Below are positions 22,361 to 34,898 of a DNA stretch of 64,000 nt, in pieces. The position numbers and the translations under genes were made by a program. The number at the start of each line of letters is the position of its first letter. Position 1 is the first letter of the stretch. The notes below the pieces were generated by a model that was given only the letters and a program-made list of their open reading frames with translations, was not told the DNA's origin and searched no databases. Source of the stretch: Hyphomicrobiales bacterium (lineage in GTDB: Bacteria; Pseudomonadota; Alphaproteobacteria; Rhizobiales; JAKPQE01); NCBI GenBank assembly GCA_041397845.1, contig JAWKVW010000006.1, positions 6,061 through 70,060 on the forward strand, read 5' to 3'.

Positions 22361-23302
22361 ATGCGCACCGGCCGGATGCGCAACCAGATGCAGACCTGGC
22401 TCCTTGCCGGGGGCAGCCTCGTCCTGCTTGGCGCAACGGCAGCCGTTTTCGCCGGCGTGCCGGGGCTCGTTTCGGCGCTCATTGCCGGCGGCATCTCGAT
22501 TTACCTGACGACGCACCTGTCGCCGGCGCTGATCCTCAGGCTCTACAAGGCCCGGCCGATCGAGGCGGGCGAGTTCGCCGACGGCGTCCAGCTTGCCTCG
22601 GCGCTGGCGGTGCGCGCCGGCCTGCCGGCGGCGCCCCGGCTGTGGCTGGTGCACAGCCGGATGATGAACGCCTTCGCGGTCGGGCGGCCGGACGATGCGG
22701 CGCTCGTCGTCACCGACGGACTGCTCCGCGGGCTGACGCTGCGCGAGCTTGCCGGCGTCCTTGCCCATGAAATCAGCCACATCGCCAATGAGGACGTGAA
22801 GGTCATGGCGCTTGCCGACATGGTGAGCCGGATGACCAGCGTGATGTCGACGCTCGGCATTTTGACGCTGATCATCAACCTGCCGGCGATCTTCACCGGC
22901 TCGGCGACGGTTCCCTGGCTCGGCGTGGCGCTGCTCGTTGCCGCGCCGACGGTCGGCGGGCTGCTGCAACTGGCGCTGTCGCGGACGCGGGAATACGACG
23001 CGGACCTCTCCGCCGTGGCGCTGACCGACGACCCGTCGGGCCTTGCCTCGGCGCTTGCAAAACTCGAGCAGGCGCAGCGCCGGCTCTGGGAAGGCCTTGT
23101 TCTTCCCGGCGGGCGGCTGCCCGATCCCTCGCTGCTGCGGACCCATCCGGCGACGGAAGAGCGGATCGCGCGGCTCGAGGCGCTTGCCACCGAATCACGG
23201 CAGGGGCGCTATGACGACCGGCCGGTGGTCGTCGGCAAGAGCATCGTTCCGGCAGTCGGGCGCCCGCGAGTTCGTGTCAGATCGCTCGGCCTGTGGTATT
23301 GA
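22361..23302 (+). CDS. M48-family zinc metalloprotease (HtpX-like)
   Basis: ORF 22238..23302 has HEISH at LAGVLAHEISHIANEDV, TM segments and the downstream EYDAD motif. The start is one of the Mets at 22361, 22376 or 22388. Confidence 0.8.
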   Translation: MRTGRMRNQMQTWLLAGGSLVLLGATAAVFAGVPGLVSALIAGGISIYLTTHLSPALILRLYKARPIEAGEFADGVQLASALAVRAGLPAAPRLWLVHSRMMNAFAVGRPDDAALVVTDGLLRGLTLRELAGVLAHEISHIANEDVKVMALADMVSRMTSVMSTLGILTLIINLPAIFTGSATVPWLGVALLVAAPTVGGLLQLALSRTREYDADLSAVALTDDPSGLASALAKLEQAQRRLWEGLVLPGGRLPDPSLLRTHPATEERIARLEALATESRQGRYDDRPVVVGKSIVPAVGRPRVRVRSLGLWY

Positions 23303-23407
23303 TGCAGTGCAGCACGGCTCCCGGCCCGGCTGCGGCTTCGCGAAAATGCCCTATCGACGGCGGCGCGCGGCACGCCATAATCAACCTGTTTGAAAAGGTG
23401 GAGCGCA

Positions 23408-24151
23408 ATGTCTGACACGAGACCGGCACTGGTTCTTACGGGCGCGAGCCGCGGCATCGGCCATGCGACCGTGAAGCGATTCTCGAAGGCCGGCTGGCGC
23501 GTCATCACCTGCTCGCGGCACCCGTTCTCGGACAAGTGTCCCTGGCCGATGGGGCCGGAAGATCACATCCAGGTCGATCTTTCCGATCCGGACAATCTCG
23601 GCGTCGCCGTTGCCGAGATCCGCAACCGGCTCGTGGCGCAGGGCGGCGAGCTGAAGGCGCTCGTCAACAATGCCGGCATCAGCCCGAAGAACGAGGACGG
23701 CCAGCGGCTCGATTCGCTGACGACGCCGATGCATGTCTGGCGGACGGTGTTCCAGGTCAATTTCTTTGCGCCGATCATGCTGGCGCGCGGCCTGTTTCGC
23801 GAGCTGAAGGCGGCCAAGGGCTCGGTCGTCAACGTCACCTCGATCGCCGGCGTGCGCGTGCATCCTTTCGCCGGCACGGCCTATGCCACCTCCAAGGCGG
23901 CGCTTGCGTCGCTGACGCGCGAGATGGCGGCGGACTTCGGCCCGCACGGCATTCGCGTCAACGCGATCGCACCGGGCGAAATCGATACCTCGATCCTGTC
24001 GCCGGGCACGGAGAAAATCGTCGAGGAAATCCCGCTGCGCCGTCTCGGCACGACCGACGAGGTCGCCGACACGATCTTCTATCTGTGCACCGAGGCGAGT
24101 TCCTACGTGACCGGCGCCGAAATCCATATCAATGGCGGCCAGCACGTCTGA
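23408..24151 (+). CDS. SDR-family oxidoreductase
   Basis: ORF 23390..24151 from ATG 23408, preceded by AAGGTGGAG: LVLTGASRGIGHAT (TGxxxGxG), NNAG, YATSKAAL (YxxxK), PGEIDT. Confidence 0.85.
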   Translation: MSDTRPALVLTGASRGIGHATVKRFSKAGWRVITCSRHPFSDKCPWPMGPEDHIQVDLSDPDNLGVAVAEIRNRLVAQGGELKALVNNAGISPKNEDGQRLDSLTTPMHVWRTVFQVNFFAPIMLARGLFRELKAAKGSVVNVTSIAGVRVHPFAGTAYATSKAALASLTREMAADFGPHGIRVNAIAPGEIDTSILSPGTEKIVEEIPLRRLGTTDEVADTIFYLCTEASSYVTGAEIHINGGQHV

Positions 24152-24183
24152 GGACTGCGGCGCGAACCTCCCGGTGCAGAATC

Positions 24184-24227
24184 AAAAAGGGCGCGACCCG
24201 CCGAGGCGGTCGCGCCCTTCTTTGTTT
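24184..24227. terminator. Bidirectional intrinsic terminator
   Basis: AAAAAGGGCGCGACC-cgccgagg-CGGTCGCGCCCTTCTTTGTTT, between the convergent SDR and zinc-ribbon genes. Confidence 0.8.
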
Positions 24228-24257
24228 CGAGAGCTGTCCGGGCTTGCCGCGCGCGGC

Positions 24258-24485
24258 TCACTGGAACGGGCAGGTTCCCGTGGCACAGCCGCCGCCCGGC
24301 ACGCCGCAACTGGCGAACTCGGCAGCGGACGTGCCGGAAGTCGCGCCGGCGATGGCCGGGGCGGTGATGAAAATCTGCTCGAGCGCGCCGCCGCAGGCCG
24401 GGCAGTCGGGCTTGTCGGCCGACATCGAGTGCTGGAGGCGATGCTGCTCGCCGCAGCCGGTGCAGCGATAGTCATAGGTCGGCAT
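24258..24485 (-). CDS. FmdB-family zinc-ribbon protein
   Basis: ORF 24258..24494(-) from Met at 24485: MPTYDYRCTGCGEQHRLQHSMSADKPDCPACGG (CxxC...CxxC). Confidence 0.8.
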   Translation of the reverse strand: MPTYDYRCTGCGEQHRLQHSMSADKPDCPACGGALEQIFITAPAIAGATSGTSAAEFASCGVPGGGCATGTCPFQ

Positions 24486-24621
24486 GGAACTCACCTCGCC
24501 AATTCGTCTTTCGGTCTTTCCTTCGGGCCGGCTTTATCACAGCGCGCGCGAGCGTTGCAAACCGTTGCAGGCGGGCAGTTTGCCGCTGCGCCGCCAGTGT
24601 TCGGGCGCGCCTTTGCGGCCG

Positions 24622-25857
24622 CTATCGTGCCGCGCCCGGATGGCGCCAATCGCTGTAATGCTCGGCGATGGCGCGAAACATCGCGATGTTTTCCTGCTTG
24701 ATGACGTGACCGTCATGGCCGTCGGCGCGGAAATTGCGGTCGGCGGCGGTCTTGACGACGACGATGCGCGCCTTCGGGTTGATGTAGATGTACTGGCCGT
24801 AGATGCCGACCGCGTAGAACTCGCCGTCGGGCTCGGTCGGCACCCACCACTGGTAGCCGTAGCCGAAGACGTCGTTCTGATTGACCGTCGGCGGGGCGTT
24901 CGGCGTCGTCGAATCGCGGACCCAGCCGGCCGGCACCAGCTCCTCGCCCTGCCAGCGGCCGCCGTCGAGGAAGAGCTGGCCGACGCGGGCATAGTCGCGG
25001 GTGGTCATCGCGAGACCGCCGAGGACGAAGGCGACGCCGTAGCCGTCGGTGAGATAATAGGTGCCGGGGCCGGCGCCGAGCTTCGTCCAGAGCTTCTCCG
25101 AGAGGTAGTCCGGCACGCGCTTGCCGGTCGCGGCGCGCAGCACCATGCCGAGAATATGGGTGTCAATCGAGACGTACTGGCGGGCGAGGCCGGCCGGCCG
25201 CTCGCGCGCCTTCAGCTCGGCGGCAAAGGCATCCATCGACTTGCCGAGCGCCAGCACGCGTCCCATGCGGTTGATGTCGCTGTTGAAATCCAGATAGTCC
25301 TCGTTGAAGGCGACGCCGCTTGCCATGTTGAGGACATTGCGGATGGAAACGCCGTCATAGGCGCCGCCCTTCAGGGCCGGCACGTAGTCGGCGACATTGG
25401 CGTCGAGCGAGGAAATCGCGCCCTCGCCGATGGCAATGCCGAAGAGGGCGGAGAGCACGGATTTCGCCATCGACCATGAAATCCGCCGGTCGTCCGGTCC
25501 GGTGCCAAGGAAGTAGTCCTCGGCGACGATGTTGCCGTCATGGACGACGAGAAGCGAGGTGGTCGATGCCTTCGCCAGCGCTTCGGCCAGCGGCTTTTGC
25601 TCACCCTGCCAGACATAGGCTTGCGGCAGCGGCTGCAGGGCAACCGGCCAGGGCGCGGCGCTTCCGGCGCCCTTGACCGGCGTCGAGAGGAAGATGTCGT
25701 CCATGTGCGAGAAATTGTGGACGATGGTGCCGGCATCGAAGAGCGTCGTCACATGATAGAGCCGGATGACGCGGTCGCGGTTCCAGACGAGGGCGACAAG
25801 GACCACCAGAACGAGGACGGCCACGGTTCGCAGCGCGAATTTCACCGATCGTGACAT
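24622..25857 (-). CDS. Serine hydrolase (beta-lactamase/transpeptidase-like family) with an N-terminal membrane anchor
   Basis: ORF 24622..25896(-) from Met at 25857. It has an SxxK motif (ISWSMAKSVLSALFG), the TM anchor FALRTVAVLVLVVLVALVW and YGYQWW. Confidence 0.75.
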   Translation of the reverse strand: MSRSVKFALRTVAVLVLVVLVALVWNRDRVIRLYHVTTLFDAGTIVHNFSHMDDIFLSTPVKGAGSAAPWPVALQPLPQAYVWQGEQKPLAEALAKASTTSLLVVHDGNIVAEDYFLGTGPDDRRISWSMAKSVLSALFGIAIGEGAISSLDANVADYVPALKGGAYDGVSIRNVLNMASGVAFNEDYLDFNSDINRMGRVLALGKSMDAFAAELKARERPAGLARQYVSIDTHILGMVLRAATGKRVPDYLSEKLWTKLGAGPGTYYLTDGYGVAFVLGGLAMTTRDYARVGQLFLDGGRWQGEELVPAGWVRDSTTPNAPPTVNQNDVFGYGYQWWVPTEPDGEFYAVGIYGQYIYINPKARIVVVKTAADRNFRADGHDGHVIKQENIAMFRAIAEHYSDWRHPGAAR

Positions 25858-26019
25858 CTGTTCCGCCCGGCCGGCCGGACGCCTCCCCTGGCGCAAGCCA
25901 TTGCCATTGCAGGCCGGCCGGCGCGCGCTCGTTTCGTCGTGGCGATTGTCGCCGTTTCGGGCGCCGGCGCAACCGCCTTCGCGATTCGCCGCTGATTCGC
26001 ATCGGCAGGTCCGCCAGAA

Positions 26020-26046
26020 ACGCGAAAGCCGCCTTGCGGCGGCTTG
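26020..26046 (-). terminator. Intrinsic terminator downstream of tRNA-Ala
   Basis: Minus strand: AGCCGCC-gcaa-GGCGGCT followed by TTCGCGTTTCT. The stem is at 26027-26044. Confidence 0.55.
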
Positions 26047-26109
26047 TCGGGAGTTCTTTGATTTTTGGTCTTTGCTATTTCAGCCCGCCATTTCGGCGAG
26101 AGAAGGAAC

Positions 26110-26185
<76 letters not shown>

Positions 26186-26359
26186 AGTAGTCCCTGCGAT
26201 GGCTGGCCGGTCCGTTTCCGGTTCGGTTGGCCCCCGCGGCGGAGCGGGACAATAGGGGTCCCTTCTCCGATAATCAACACCTAAAATCGCATTTTCTGCG
26301 ATGCGGCAAAGCCGGCGCGGTGCGACGCCGACACAGCGAGCCGAACGGCTCGCCGGCCG

Positions 26360-26776
26360 TCAGTTTTCTTCGTCCTCGTCGACATCGCCGATCAGATCGG
26401 AGACGTCGTCGTCCTCGTCGTCCTCGAGGAAAACGGCTTCCTCGTCGTCGTCTTCGAGCTCGGTCTCCTCGTCCTCGTCTTCATCGACGTTGGGCGAGGC
26501 GCCGCGATCGGTGCTCTCCTCGTCATCCTCGACTTCCTCGAGGGAGACAAGCTCGGCATCCGTCTCTTCGTTCTCGTCTTCGTTCTCGACCTCCTCCTTG
26601 CGCGGACGGGCCGTTTCCGGCCGCACACGCGAGGTCTCGGGACGAGCCTTCGCGACCTCCAGAAGCTCGAACACCGTGCCGCATTTCGGGCACAGGATCG
26701 GCGACCGGTTCAGATCGTAGTATTTCGCACCACAGCCGGAACAAATCCGCTTGGTTCCAAGGTCCGTTTTTGCCAC
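26360..26776 (-). CDS. TIGR02300-type (FYDLN_acid) zinc-ribbon protein with an acidic tail
   Basis: ORF 26360..26809(-). A GTG start at 26776 follows AGAGG: VAKTDLGTKRICSGCGAKYYDLNRSPILCPKCG, then a D/E-rich C-terminus. Confidence 0.8.
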   Translation of the reverse strand: MAKTDLGTKRICSGCGAKYYDLNRSPILCPKCGTVFELLEVAKARPETSRVRPETARPRKEEVENEDENEETDAELVSLEEVEDDEESTDRGASPNVDEDEDEETELEDDDEEAVFLEDDEDDDVSDLIGDVDEDEEN

Positions 26777-26961
26777 GGTTCCGCCTCTTGATGATGATCC
26801 CGCAGACAAGCAATCGGGCGCTCCATAGACTGTGGATCGATCGCTGTCAAAGCGTTTGGCGCGGTTTTTTGTCAGTTCTCCGCAGAGCTCGTGTTCCTTG
26901 GGTGAATCCTTGGCAAATCAGCGGCCGCTGCGCGGATGACGGACGGGGCGGGCTGTGTTAG

Positions 26962-29060
<2,099 letters not shown>

Positions 29061-29075
29061 TCCGGAGTATCCAGC

Positions 29076-29855
29076 ATGACCCTCAAGGCGCGTGTGATCC
29101 CCTGCCTCGACGTCAAGGACGGCCGCGTCGTCAAGGGCGTCAACTTCGTCGACCTGCGCGACGCCGGCGATCCGGTCGAGGCGGCGAAAGCCTATGACGC
29201 GGCCGGCGCCGACGAACTCTGCTTTCTCGACATCACGGCAAGCCACGAGAATCGCGGCATCATTCTCGACGTCGTCCGGCGCACGGCCGAGGAATGCTTC
29301 ATGCCGGTAACGGTCGGCGGCGGGGTGCGCACCCTTGACGACATCCGGGCGCTGCTCAATGCCGGCGCCGACAAGGTGTCGATCAACACAGCGGCAGTGC
29401 ACGACCGCGATTTCGTGCGCCGGGCGGCCGAGAAATTCGGCAGCCAGTGCATCGTCGTCGCCATCGACGCCAAGCGCGTCTCGGCGCCGGGCGAGGCGGA
29501 CCGCTGGGAAATCTTCACCCATGGCGGGCGCAAGCCGACCGGCATCGATGCCATCGACTATGCCCGCGAGGTGGTGGCGCTCGGAGCCGGCGAGATCCTG
29601 CTCACCTCGATGGATCGCGACGGCACCAAGCAGGGCTTCGACGTGACGCTGACGCGGGCGATCGCCGATGCGGTCGAGGTGCCGCTGATTGCCAGCGGCG
29701 GCGTCGGCACGCTCGACCATCTCGTCGCCGGCGTGCGCGACGGCCATGCAACGGCGGTGCTGGCCGCCTCGATCTTCCATTTCGGCGAATATTCGATCCG
29801 CGAGGCGAAGGAACACATGGCGGCGGCGGGCGTCGAGGTTCGCCTCGACGCGTGA
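29076..29855 (+). CDS. hisF: Imidazole glycerol phosphate synthase cyclase subunit
   Basis: ORF 29076..29855: [21 protein letters not shown]...[11 protein letters not shown]...TVGGGVR...VSINTAAV...[13 protein letters not shown]...IASGGVG. Confidence 0.95.
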   Translation: MTLKARVIPCLDVKDGRVVKGVNFVDLRDAGDPVEAAKAYDAAGADELCFLDITASHENRGIILDVVRRTAEECFMPVTVGGGVRTLDDIRALLNAGADKVSINTAAVHDRDFVRRAAEKFGSQCIVVAIDAKRVSAPGEADRWEIFTHGGRKPTGIDAIDYAREVVALGAGEILLTSMDRDGTKQGFDVTLTRAIADAVEVPLIASGGVGTLDHLVAGVRDGHATAVLAASIFHFGEYSIREAKEHMAAAGVEVRLDA

Positions 29856-29895
29856 GCGGGCGGCATCAGCGGGTTCCTGAAGAAAGCGAGACGAG

Positions 29896-30219
29896 ATGAG
29901 CGGCTTTTCCCTTGAGACGCTGGCGGCAACGATCGTGGCGCGGGCGCACAGCGACGACGAGGGCTCGTATACGCGCAAGCTCTTCAACAAGGGCGCGGCG
30001 CGCTGCGCCAAGAAATTCGGCGAGGAAGCCTTCGAGCTGGCGATCGCGACGGCCGAGGGCAAGACCGACGAGATCCGCGCCGAGGCGGCGGACGTGCTCT
30101 ATCATCTGCTGGTGCTGCTGGAGGCGAGCGGGGTCTCCTATGCCTCCGTCGTCGAGGAGCTTGCCGGGCGAACCGGCCAGACGGGACTTCAGGAAAAGGC
30201 CTCCCGGCCAAAAGGCTGA
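29896..30219 (+). CDS. hisE: Phosphoribosyl-ATP pyrophosphatase
   Basis: ORF 29896..30219: SYTRKLFNKGAARCAKKFGEEAFELAIA...EAADVLYHLLVLL. Confidence 0.9.
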   Translation: MSGFSLETLAATIVARAHSDDEGSYTRKLFNKGAARCAKKFGEEAFELAIATAEGKTDEIRAEAADVLYHLLVLLEASGVSYASVVEELAGRTGQTGLQEKASRPKG

Positions 30220-30297
30220 TACCCAACCCGGCCGGATTGCGGCAAATATGTGACGCCGGCCAACAGGAGCCGCAACACGCGGCACGACAAGCGTTTC

Positions 30298-31251
30298 ATG
30301 GATCAGCAGGCGCAGACCGAGATTTCGCCCTACCGGGTCTTCTCCAGGGACGAGTGGAGCGCGCTTCGCGCCGATGCACCGCTTACCCTGACGGAGGCGG
30401 AGATCGCCGCGTTGCAGGGCCTCAACGACCCGGTGTCGCTCGACGACGTCGTGCAGATCTACCTGCCGCTGTCCCGCCTCCTGTCGCTTTATGTCGCGGC
30501 GACGCAGGGCCTGTTCAACGCGACCCGCACCTTCCTTGGCGCGACCGACGGCAAGGTGCCGTACATCATCGGCATCGCCGGCTCGGTCGCCGTCGGCAAG
30601 TCGACGACGTCGCGCGTGCTGAAGGCGCTGCTGGCGCGCTGGCCGAACACGCCGAAGGTCGATCTCGTGACGACCGACGGCTTCCTCTTTCCGAATGCCG
30701 AGCTCGAGCGGCGCGGACTGATGAACCGCAAGGGCTTTCCGGAAAGCTTCGACGTCACCGCGCTGCTGAAGTTCCTTGCCGAGATCAAGAGCGGCAAGCG
30801 CGGCGTCACGGCGCCGGTCTATTCGCATCTCGTCTATGACATCGTGCCGGGCGAGGCGGTCACCGTCGACCGGCCGGACATCCTCATCGTCGAGGGCCTC
30901 AACGTGCTGCAGCCGCGCCGGCTGCCGGTCGACGGGCGCGGCGTGCCGTTCGTCTCGGACTTCTTCGACTTCAAGATCTACATCGATGCCGACGAAGACC
31001 TGATCCGCAAGTGGTACATCCAGCGGTTCATGCGGCTGCGCGAGACGGCCTTCCGCGACCCGAAATCCTATTTCCACCGCTATGCCTCGCTCTCGGACGC
31101 AGAGGCCAAGGAAACGGCGACACGGATCTGGAAGACGATCAACCACGTCAACCTCATCAACAACATCCTGCCGACGCGGCCGCGGGCCGATCTCATCCTG
31201 ACCAAGGCCGAAACGCACGGCGTCGAGACGGTGGCGCTCCGGCGCCTCTAG
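30298..31251 (+). CDS. coaA: Type I pantothenate kinase
   Basis: ORF 30250..31251 from ATG 30298: [24 protein letters not shown] (P-loop)...TTDGFLFPN...KGFPESFD...[11 protein letters not shown]. Confidence 0.9.
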   Translation: MDQQAQTEISPYRVFSRDEWSALRADAPLTLTEAEIAALQGLNDPVSLDDVVQIYLPLSRLLSLYVAATQGLFNATRTFLGATDGKVPYIIGIAGSVAVGKSTTSRVLKALLARWPNTPKVDLVTTDGFLFPNAELERRGLMNRKGFPESFDVTALLKFLAEIKSGKRGVTAPVYSHLVYDIVPGEAVTVDRPDILIVEGLNVLQPRRLPVDGRGVPFVSDFFDFKIYIDADEDLIRKWYIQRFMRLRETAFRDPKSYFHRYASLSDAEAKETATRIWKTINHVNLINNILPTRPRADLILTKAETHGVETVALRRL

Positions 31252-31382
31252 CGGCCCTCACCCTTCTCCAGCGGTGGCGGGACGGCGCGGAATGGCGGCG
31301 TCCACTTTTCGGCAAGGCGCCCGGATGCTATCGGGGCGAAACGCGGCGTCCCCGGGCGATCATCAGCAACCAAGCGGCGGCC

Positions 31383-32057
31383 ATGTATCTCGTTCTTTTC
31401 GATTGCGACGGCACCATCGTCGACAGCCAGCACATGATCGTCGAGGCGATGGCCCGGGCGTTCGGGCGGCACGGCCTTGCGGCGCCGGCGCGGGCGGCCG
31501 TCGTCGACGTCATCGGCCTGTCGCTGCCGGTCGCCATCGCCCGGCTCCTGCCGGAGGGCTCGGCGGTGGCGGCCGACGACATCGTCGAGAGCTACAAGGC
31601 GGGCTATTTCGAGATGCGTTCGGACCCGGTGCACCGGGAGATGCTGTTTCCCGGCGCGCGCGAGGCGATCGAGGCGCTTGGCCGGCGCGCCGACGTCCTT
31701 CTCGGGGTCGCGACCGGCAAATCGCAGCGCGGCGTGCGCTCGCTCTTTGCGGCGACCGGGCTCGGCCATCATTTCACGACGATCCAGACCGCCGACGATG
31801 CGCCCTCGAAGCCGCATCCGGGCATGGTCCACCAGGCGGTCGCGGAAACCGGCGTTGCGATGAAAAACGTGGTGGTCGTCGGCGACACCAGCTACGACAT
31901 GGAAATGGCGGCGGCGGCCGGGGCGACCGGGATCGGCGTTGCCTGGGGCTATCATCCGCCGGCGGTGCTCGAGAGCGCCGGCGCGGCGCGGATCATCGCG
32001 CGGTTCGACGAACTCGTGCCATTGCTCGAGCACTCGTTCTTTGTGGAAGGTCAGTGA
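31383..32057 (+). CDS. HAD-family hydrolase (phosphoglycolate-phosphatase-like)
   Basis: ORF 31011..32057 from ATG 31383: MYLVLFDCDGTIVDS (DxDGT)...GVATGKS...KPHPGM...VVVGDTSYDMEMA. Confidence 0.8.
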   Translation: MYLVLFDCDGTIVDSQHMIVEAMARAFGRHGLAAPARAAVVDVIGLSLPVAIARLLPEGSAVAADDIVESYKAGYFEMRSDPVHREMLFPGAREAIEALGRRADVLLGVATGKSQRGVRSLFAATGLGHHFTTIQTADDAPSKPHPGMVHQAVAETGVAMKNVVVVGDTSYDMEMAAAAGATGIGVAWGYHPPAVLESAGAARIIARFDELVPLLEHSFFVEGQ

Positions 32058-32854
32058 TGCGCGAGCTTTTCGAAATCCCCGAGCAGGAAGCCGATCCGGT
32101 CAAGCGGGCGCAGGCGCATGCGCGACGGGCACTGCCGAAGCGCTTCTACACGGAAGCCGGCACGGCCGAAACGGAAGCGGGGCATGCCGTGGCGCTCGAC
32201 GGGCGCATCGCCCATACGCCGGCAAAGCGGCCGCTGGCCTTTGCCAATGCCGCGCTCGCGGCAGCAGTCGCGGCCGAATGGGCGGCCCAGGGCGACCTCA
32301 TCGATCCGGCGACGATGCCACTGACGAAGCTTGCCAATTCGGCACTCGACGGGGTTGCCGCCGGGATGGAGGAAGTCGCGGCCGAGATCGCCCGGTATGG
32401 CGGCACGGACCTCATCTGCTACCGGGCCGAGGAGCCCGACACGCTGATCGCGCGGCAGAACCAGCACTGGGACCCGCTCGTTGCCTTTGCCGCCGAGCGG
32501 CTCGGGGCGCGGCTGAAGCTCGGCGCCGGCATCATGCATGTCGAGCAGGACGAGGACACGCTCGCGGCCATTCACAGTGCCGTCGACGAAGCGGCGATGG
32601 ACAGCCCCCTTCGGCTCGCGGCGCTGCATGTCATCACGACGCTGACCGGCTCGGCGGTGATTGCCCTTGCCTTTGCTGCCGGCGCCATCGACGAGACGGT
32701 CGCCTGGACGGCGGCGCATGTCGACGAGGACCATCAGGCCGAAACCTGGGGTGTCGACAGCGAGGCGATGGCGCGCCGGCGGGCGCGGGCCGAGGAAATG
32801 GCTGCGGCCGTCACGCTGTTCCGGCTGGCGCTGCCGCCCGAGACGGCCGCCTGA
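32057..32854 (+). CDS. ATP12-family (F1-ATPase assembly factor 2-like) chaperone
   Basis: In ORF 31274..32854, from ATG 32057, overlapping the HAD stop by 1 nt: KRFYTEAGTAETEAGHAVALDGRIAHTPAKRPLAF...AAEWAAQGDLIDPATMPLTKLANSALD...ICYRAEEP. Confidence 0.75.
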   Translation: MRELFEIPEQEADPVKRAQAHARRALPKRFYTEAGTAETEAGHAVALDGRIAHTPAKRPLAFANAALAAAVAAEWAAQGDLIDPATMPLTKLANSALDGVAAGMEEVAAEIARYGGTDLICYRAEEPDTLIARQNQHWDPLVAFAAERLGARLKLGAGIMHVEQDEDTLAAIHSAVDEAAMDSPLRLAALHVITTLTGSAVIALAFAAGAIDETVAWTAAHVDEDHQAETWGVDSEAMARRRARAEEMAAAVTLFRLALPPETAA

Positions 32855-32880
32855 TCCACCCAAAACCGGGTGGCGCAGGC

Positions 32881-34236
32881 TCAGGCGCGCGGCAGGACCA
32901 CTGTCGCGGCAAGGCCGCCCGTATCGGCGGTGCCCAGTTCCAGCCGGCCGCCATAGGCCGCCAGAACATCGATGACGATTGCAAGGCCGAGGCCGGCGCC
33001 GCCGCCGGTGTCGAGCCGGCCGCCGCGCTCGAGGACGCGGACGCGGTCGGCTTCGGCAATCCCCGGCCCGTCGTCAGCGACGGTCAGGCGCAGGCTCGCC
33101 GGGTCGGAGCGATCGACCGTGACGGTGATGCACCCGGCGGCAAAGCGGGCGGCATTGTCGAGCAGGTTGCCGAACACTTCGGCAAGGTCCTCCCGATCGA
33201 CCGGCACGCCGAGACTGGCCGGCACATCCAGATCGAAGGTGACGCGCTCGCCGACCGGCGTGCGCTTCAGCGTCGCGACCAGCCGTTCGAGCAGGCCGGC
33301 AAGAGACGTCAGTTCGACGCCACCGCCGGCACGGCCGCGAATGCGGGCGCGGGCGAGCTCGCGCTCGACATGGCGGTACATGGTATTGCCGAGCTCCTCG
33401 ATATCATCGGCAAGGGCGGCCTCGCCCTTCTCGCGCAGACGGCGGGCGTCGGCAGCAAGGGCGGCAAGCGGTGTCCGCAGGCCGTGGGCAAGGTCGGCGG
33501 CGCGGCCGCGCGCCTCGCGAATGGTGGTGTCACGGGCCTCGAGCAGGGCGTTCACCTCGCGCACCAGCGGCACGACCTCATCGGGTACGTCATCGAGCAG
33601 GCGCGACTTGGCACCGGAGCGCACGGCGGCGACGCGGCGGCCGATATCGGCGATCGGCCCAAGGCCGATGCGGACCTGGAGCCAGCCGGCAACGAGGAGC
33701 ACCGTCGCAAGAAGGGCAAGCGCCGGGACGAGATCGCGCAGGAAGTCGGCCGTTGCCTCGGCAACCTCCGTCTCGTCGACGGCGACCACCAGATGCAGCC
33801 AGCGGGCGGCGTCGCCCTCGCCGGCGCGAATGTCCCTTGCCACGGCGATGAGACGGGCGCCGTTCGGCCCTGGCAGCCGATAGCGGCGCAAGGCGGCAGC
33901 GTCGCCTTCTCCCCCGGGCACGGCAATGACCGCGTCCCAGAGCGAGCGGGAGCGGAGCATGTGGCCGGCATCATCTCCGACCTGCCAGTAGAAGCCGCCG
34001 AGCGGCACGTCGAAAGCCGGATCGACCGGCCCGTCGACAAGGGTGATGGTGCCGTCGGTCGCGACCGCGACATTGGCGGCAAGCTCGCGCATGTGGTCGA
34101 GCAGTTCGGCCTCGACGCGCCGGGTGACGTGGCGCTCGAAAAGGATGGTCAGGCCGAGGGCGGCGACCGCCAGGGCGACGAGGACGACGATGCCGCCGCC
34201 CAGAAGCAGGCGGAGGCGGAGCGAGCCGCGCGTCAC
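32881..34236 (-). CDS. Two-component sensor histidine kinase (2 TM, periplasmic loop, HisKA plus HATPase)
   Basis: ORF 32881..34236(-) has the H-box DLAHGLRTPLAAL, the N-box NLLDNAARFA, and G-boxes DDGPGI and GGAGLGLAIV. Confidence 0.85.
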   Translation of the reverse strand: MTRGSLRLRLLLGGGIVVLVALAVAALGLTILFERHVTRRVEAELLDHMRELAANVAVATDGTITLVDGPVDPAFDVPLGGFYWQVGDDAGHMLRSRSLWDAVIAVPGGEGDAAALRRYRLPGPNGARLIAVARDIRAGEGDAARWLHLVVAVDETEVAEATADFLRDLVPALALLATVLLVAGWLQVRIGLGPIADIGRRVAAVRSGAKSRLLDDVPDEVVPLVREVNALLEARDTTIREARGRAADLAHGLRTPLAALAADARRLREKGEAALADDIEELGNTMYRHVERELARARIRGRAGGGVELTSLAGLLERLVATLKRTPVGERVTFDLDVPASLGVPVDREDLAEVFGNLLDNAARFAAGCITVTVDRSDPASLRLTVADDGPGIAEADRVRVLERGGRLDTGGGAGLGLAIVIDVLAAYGGRLELGTADTGGLAATVVLPRA

Positions 34237-34898
34237 GCGCCATCCTCCGGCACGAGGTAGCCGAAGCCGCGCCGGGTCTCGATGCGGCCGGCGCCGACCT
34301 TGCGGCGGACGCGGCCGATCAGCACCTCAAGGGCGTTGGCGTCGCGGGCGTCCTCGTCGCCATAGACGTGCTCGAGCAGCTCGGCCTGCGGCACGACGCG
34401 GCCGCGGTTGAGCATCAGGAAGGCGAGCAGCCGGTATTCAAGGGCGGTCAGGGAAACGGGCACGCCGGAAATGGCGACGCGCATCTGGCGCTCGTCGAGC
34501 ACGAGATCGCCGACGGCATGGCGCGAGGACGCCTGGCCGGCGGAGCGGCGGACGATGGCACGCAGCCGGGCGAGCAGTTCCTCGATGCGGAAGGGTTTCG
34601 GCAAATAGTCGTCGGCGCCGGCATCGATGCCCTCGACGCGCTCGGCCCAACTGCCGCGGGCGGTCAGGACAAGCACAGGCGTCGTGCGGCCGTTGTCGCG
34701 CCACCGCTTCAGGATGGCGAGCCCGTCCATGCCGGGCAGGCCGAGATCGAGGACAATGGCGCCGTAATCCTCGGTGTCGCCGCGAAACCAGGCGTCCTCG
34801 CCCTCGCTCGCGGTCTCGACGACATAGCCGGCCGCGACGAGGGCGCGGACGATGTCGTCGCGGATCCGGGCATCGTCCTCGACGACCAGCACGCGCAT
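34233..34898 (-). CDS. OmpR-family response regulator
   Basis: ORF 34233..34997(-) from Met at 34898: MRVLVVEDDARIRDD...IVLDLGLPGMDG...DDYLPKPF, plus a winged-helix domain (TALEYRLLAFLM...RGFGY). It overlaps the kinase gene by 4 nt. Confidence 0.9.
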   Translation of the reverse strand: MRVLVVEDDARIRDDIVRALVAAGYVVETASEGEDAWFRGDTEDYGAIVLDLGLPGMDGLAILKRWRDNGRTTPVLVLTARGSWAERVEGIDAGADDYLPKPFRIEELLARLRAIVRRSAGQASSRHAVGDLVLDERQMRVAISGVPVSLTALEYRLLAFLMLNRGRVVPQAELLEHVYGDEDARDANALEVLIGRVRRKVGAGRIETRRGFGYLVPEDGA

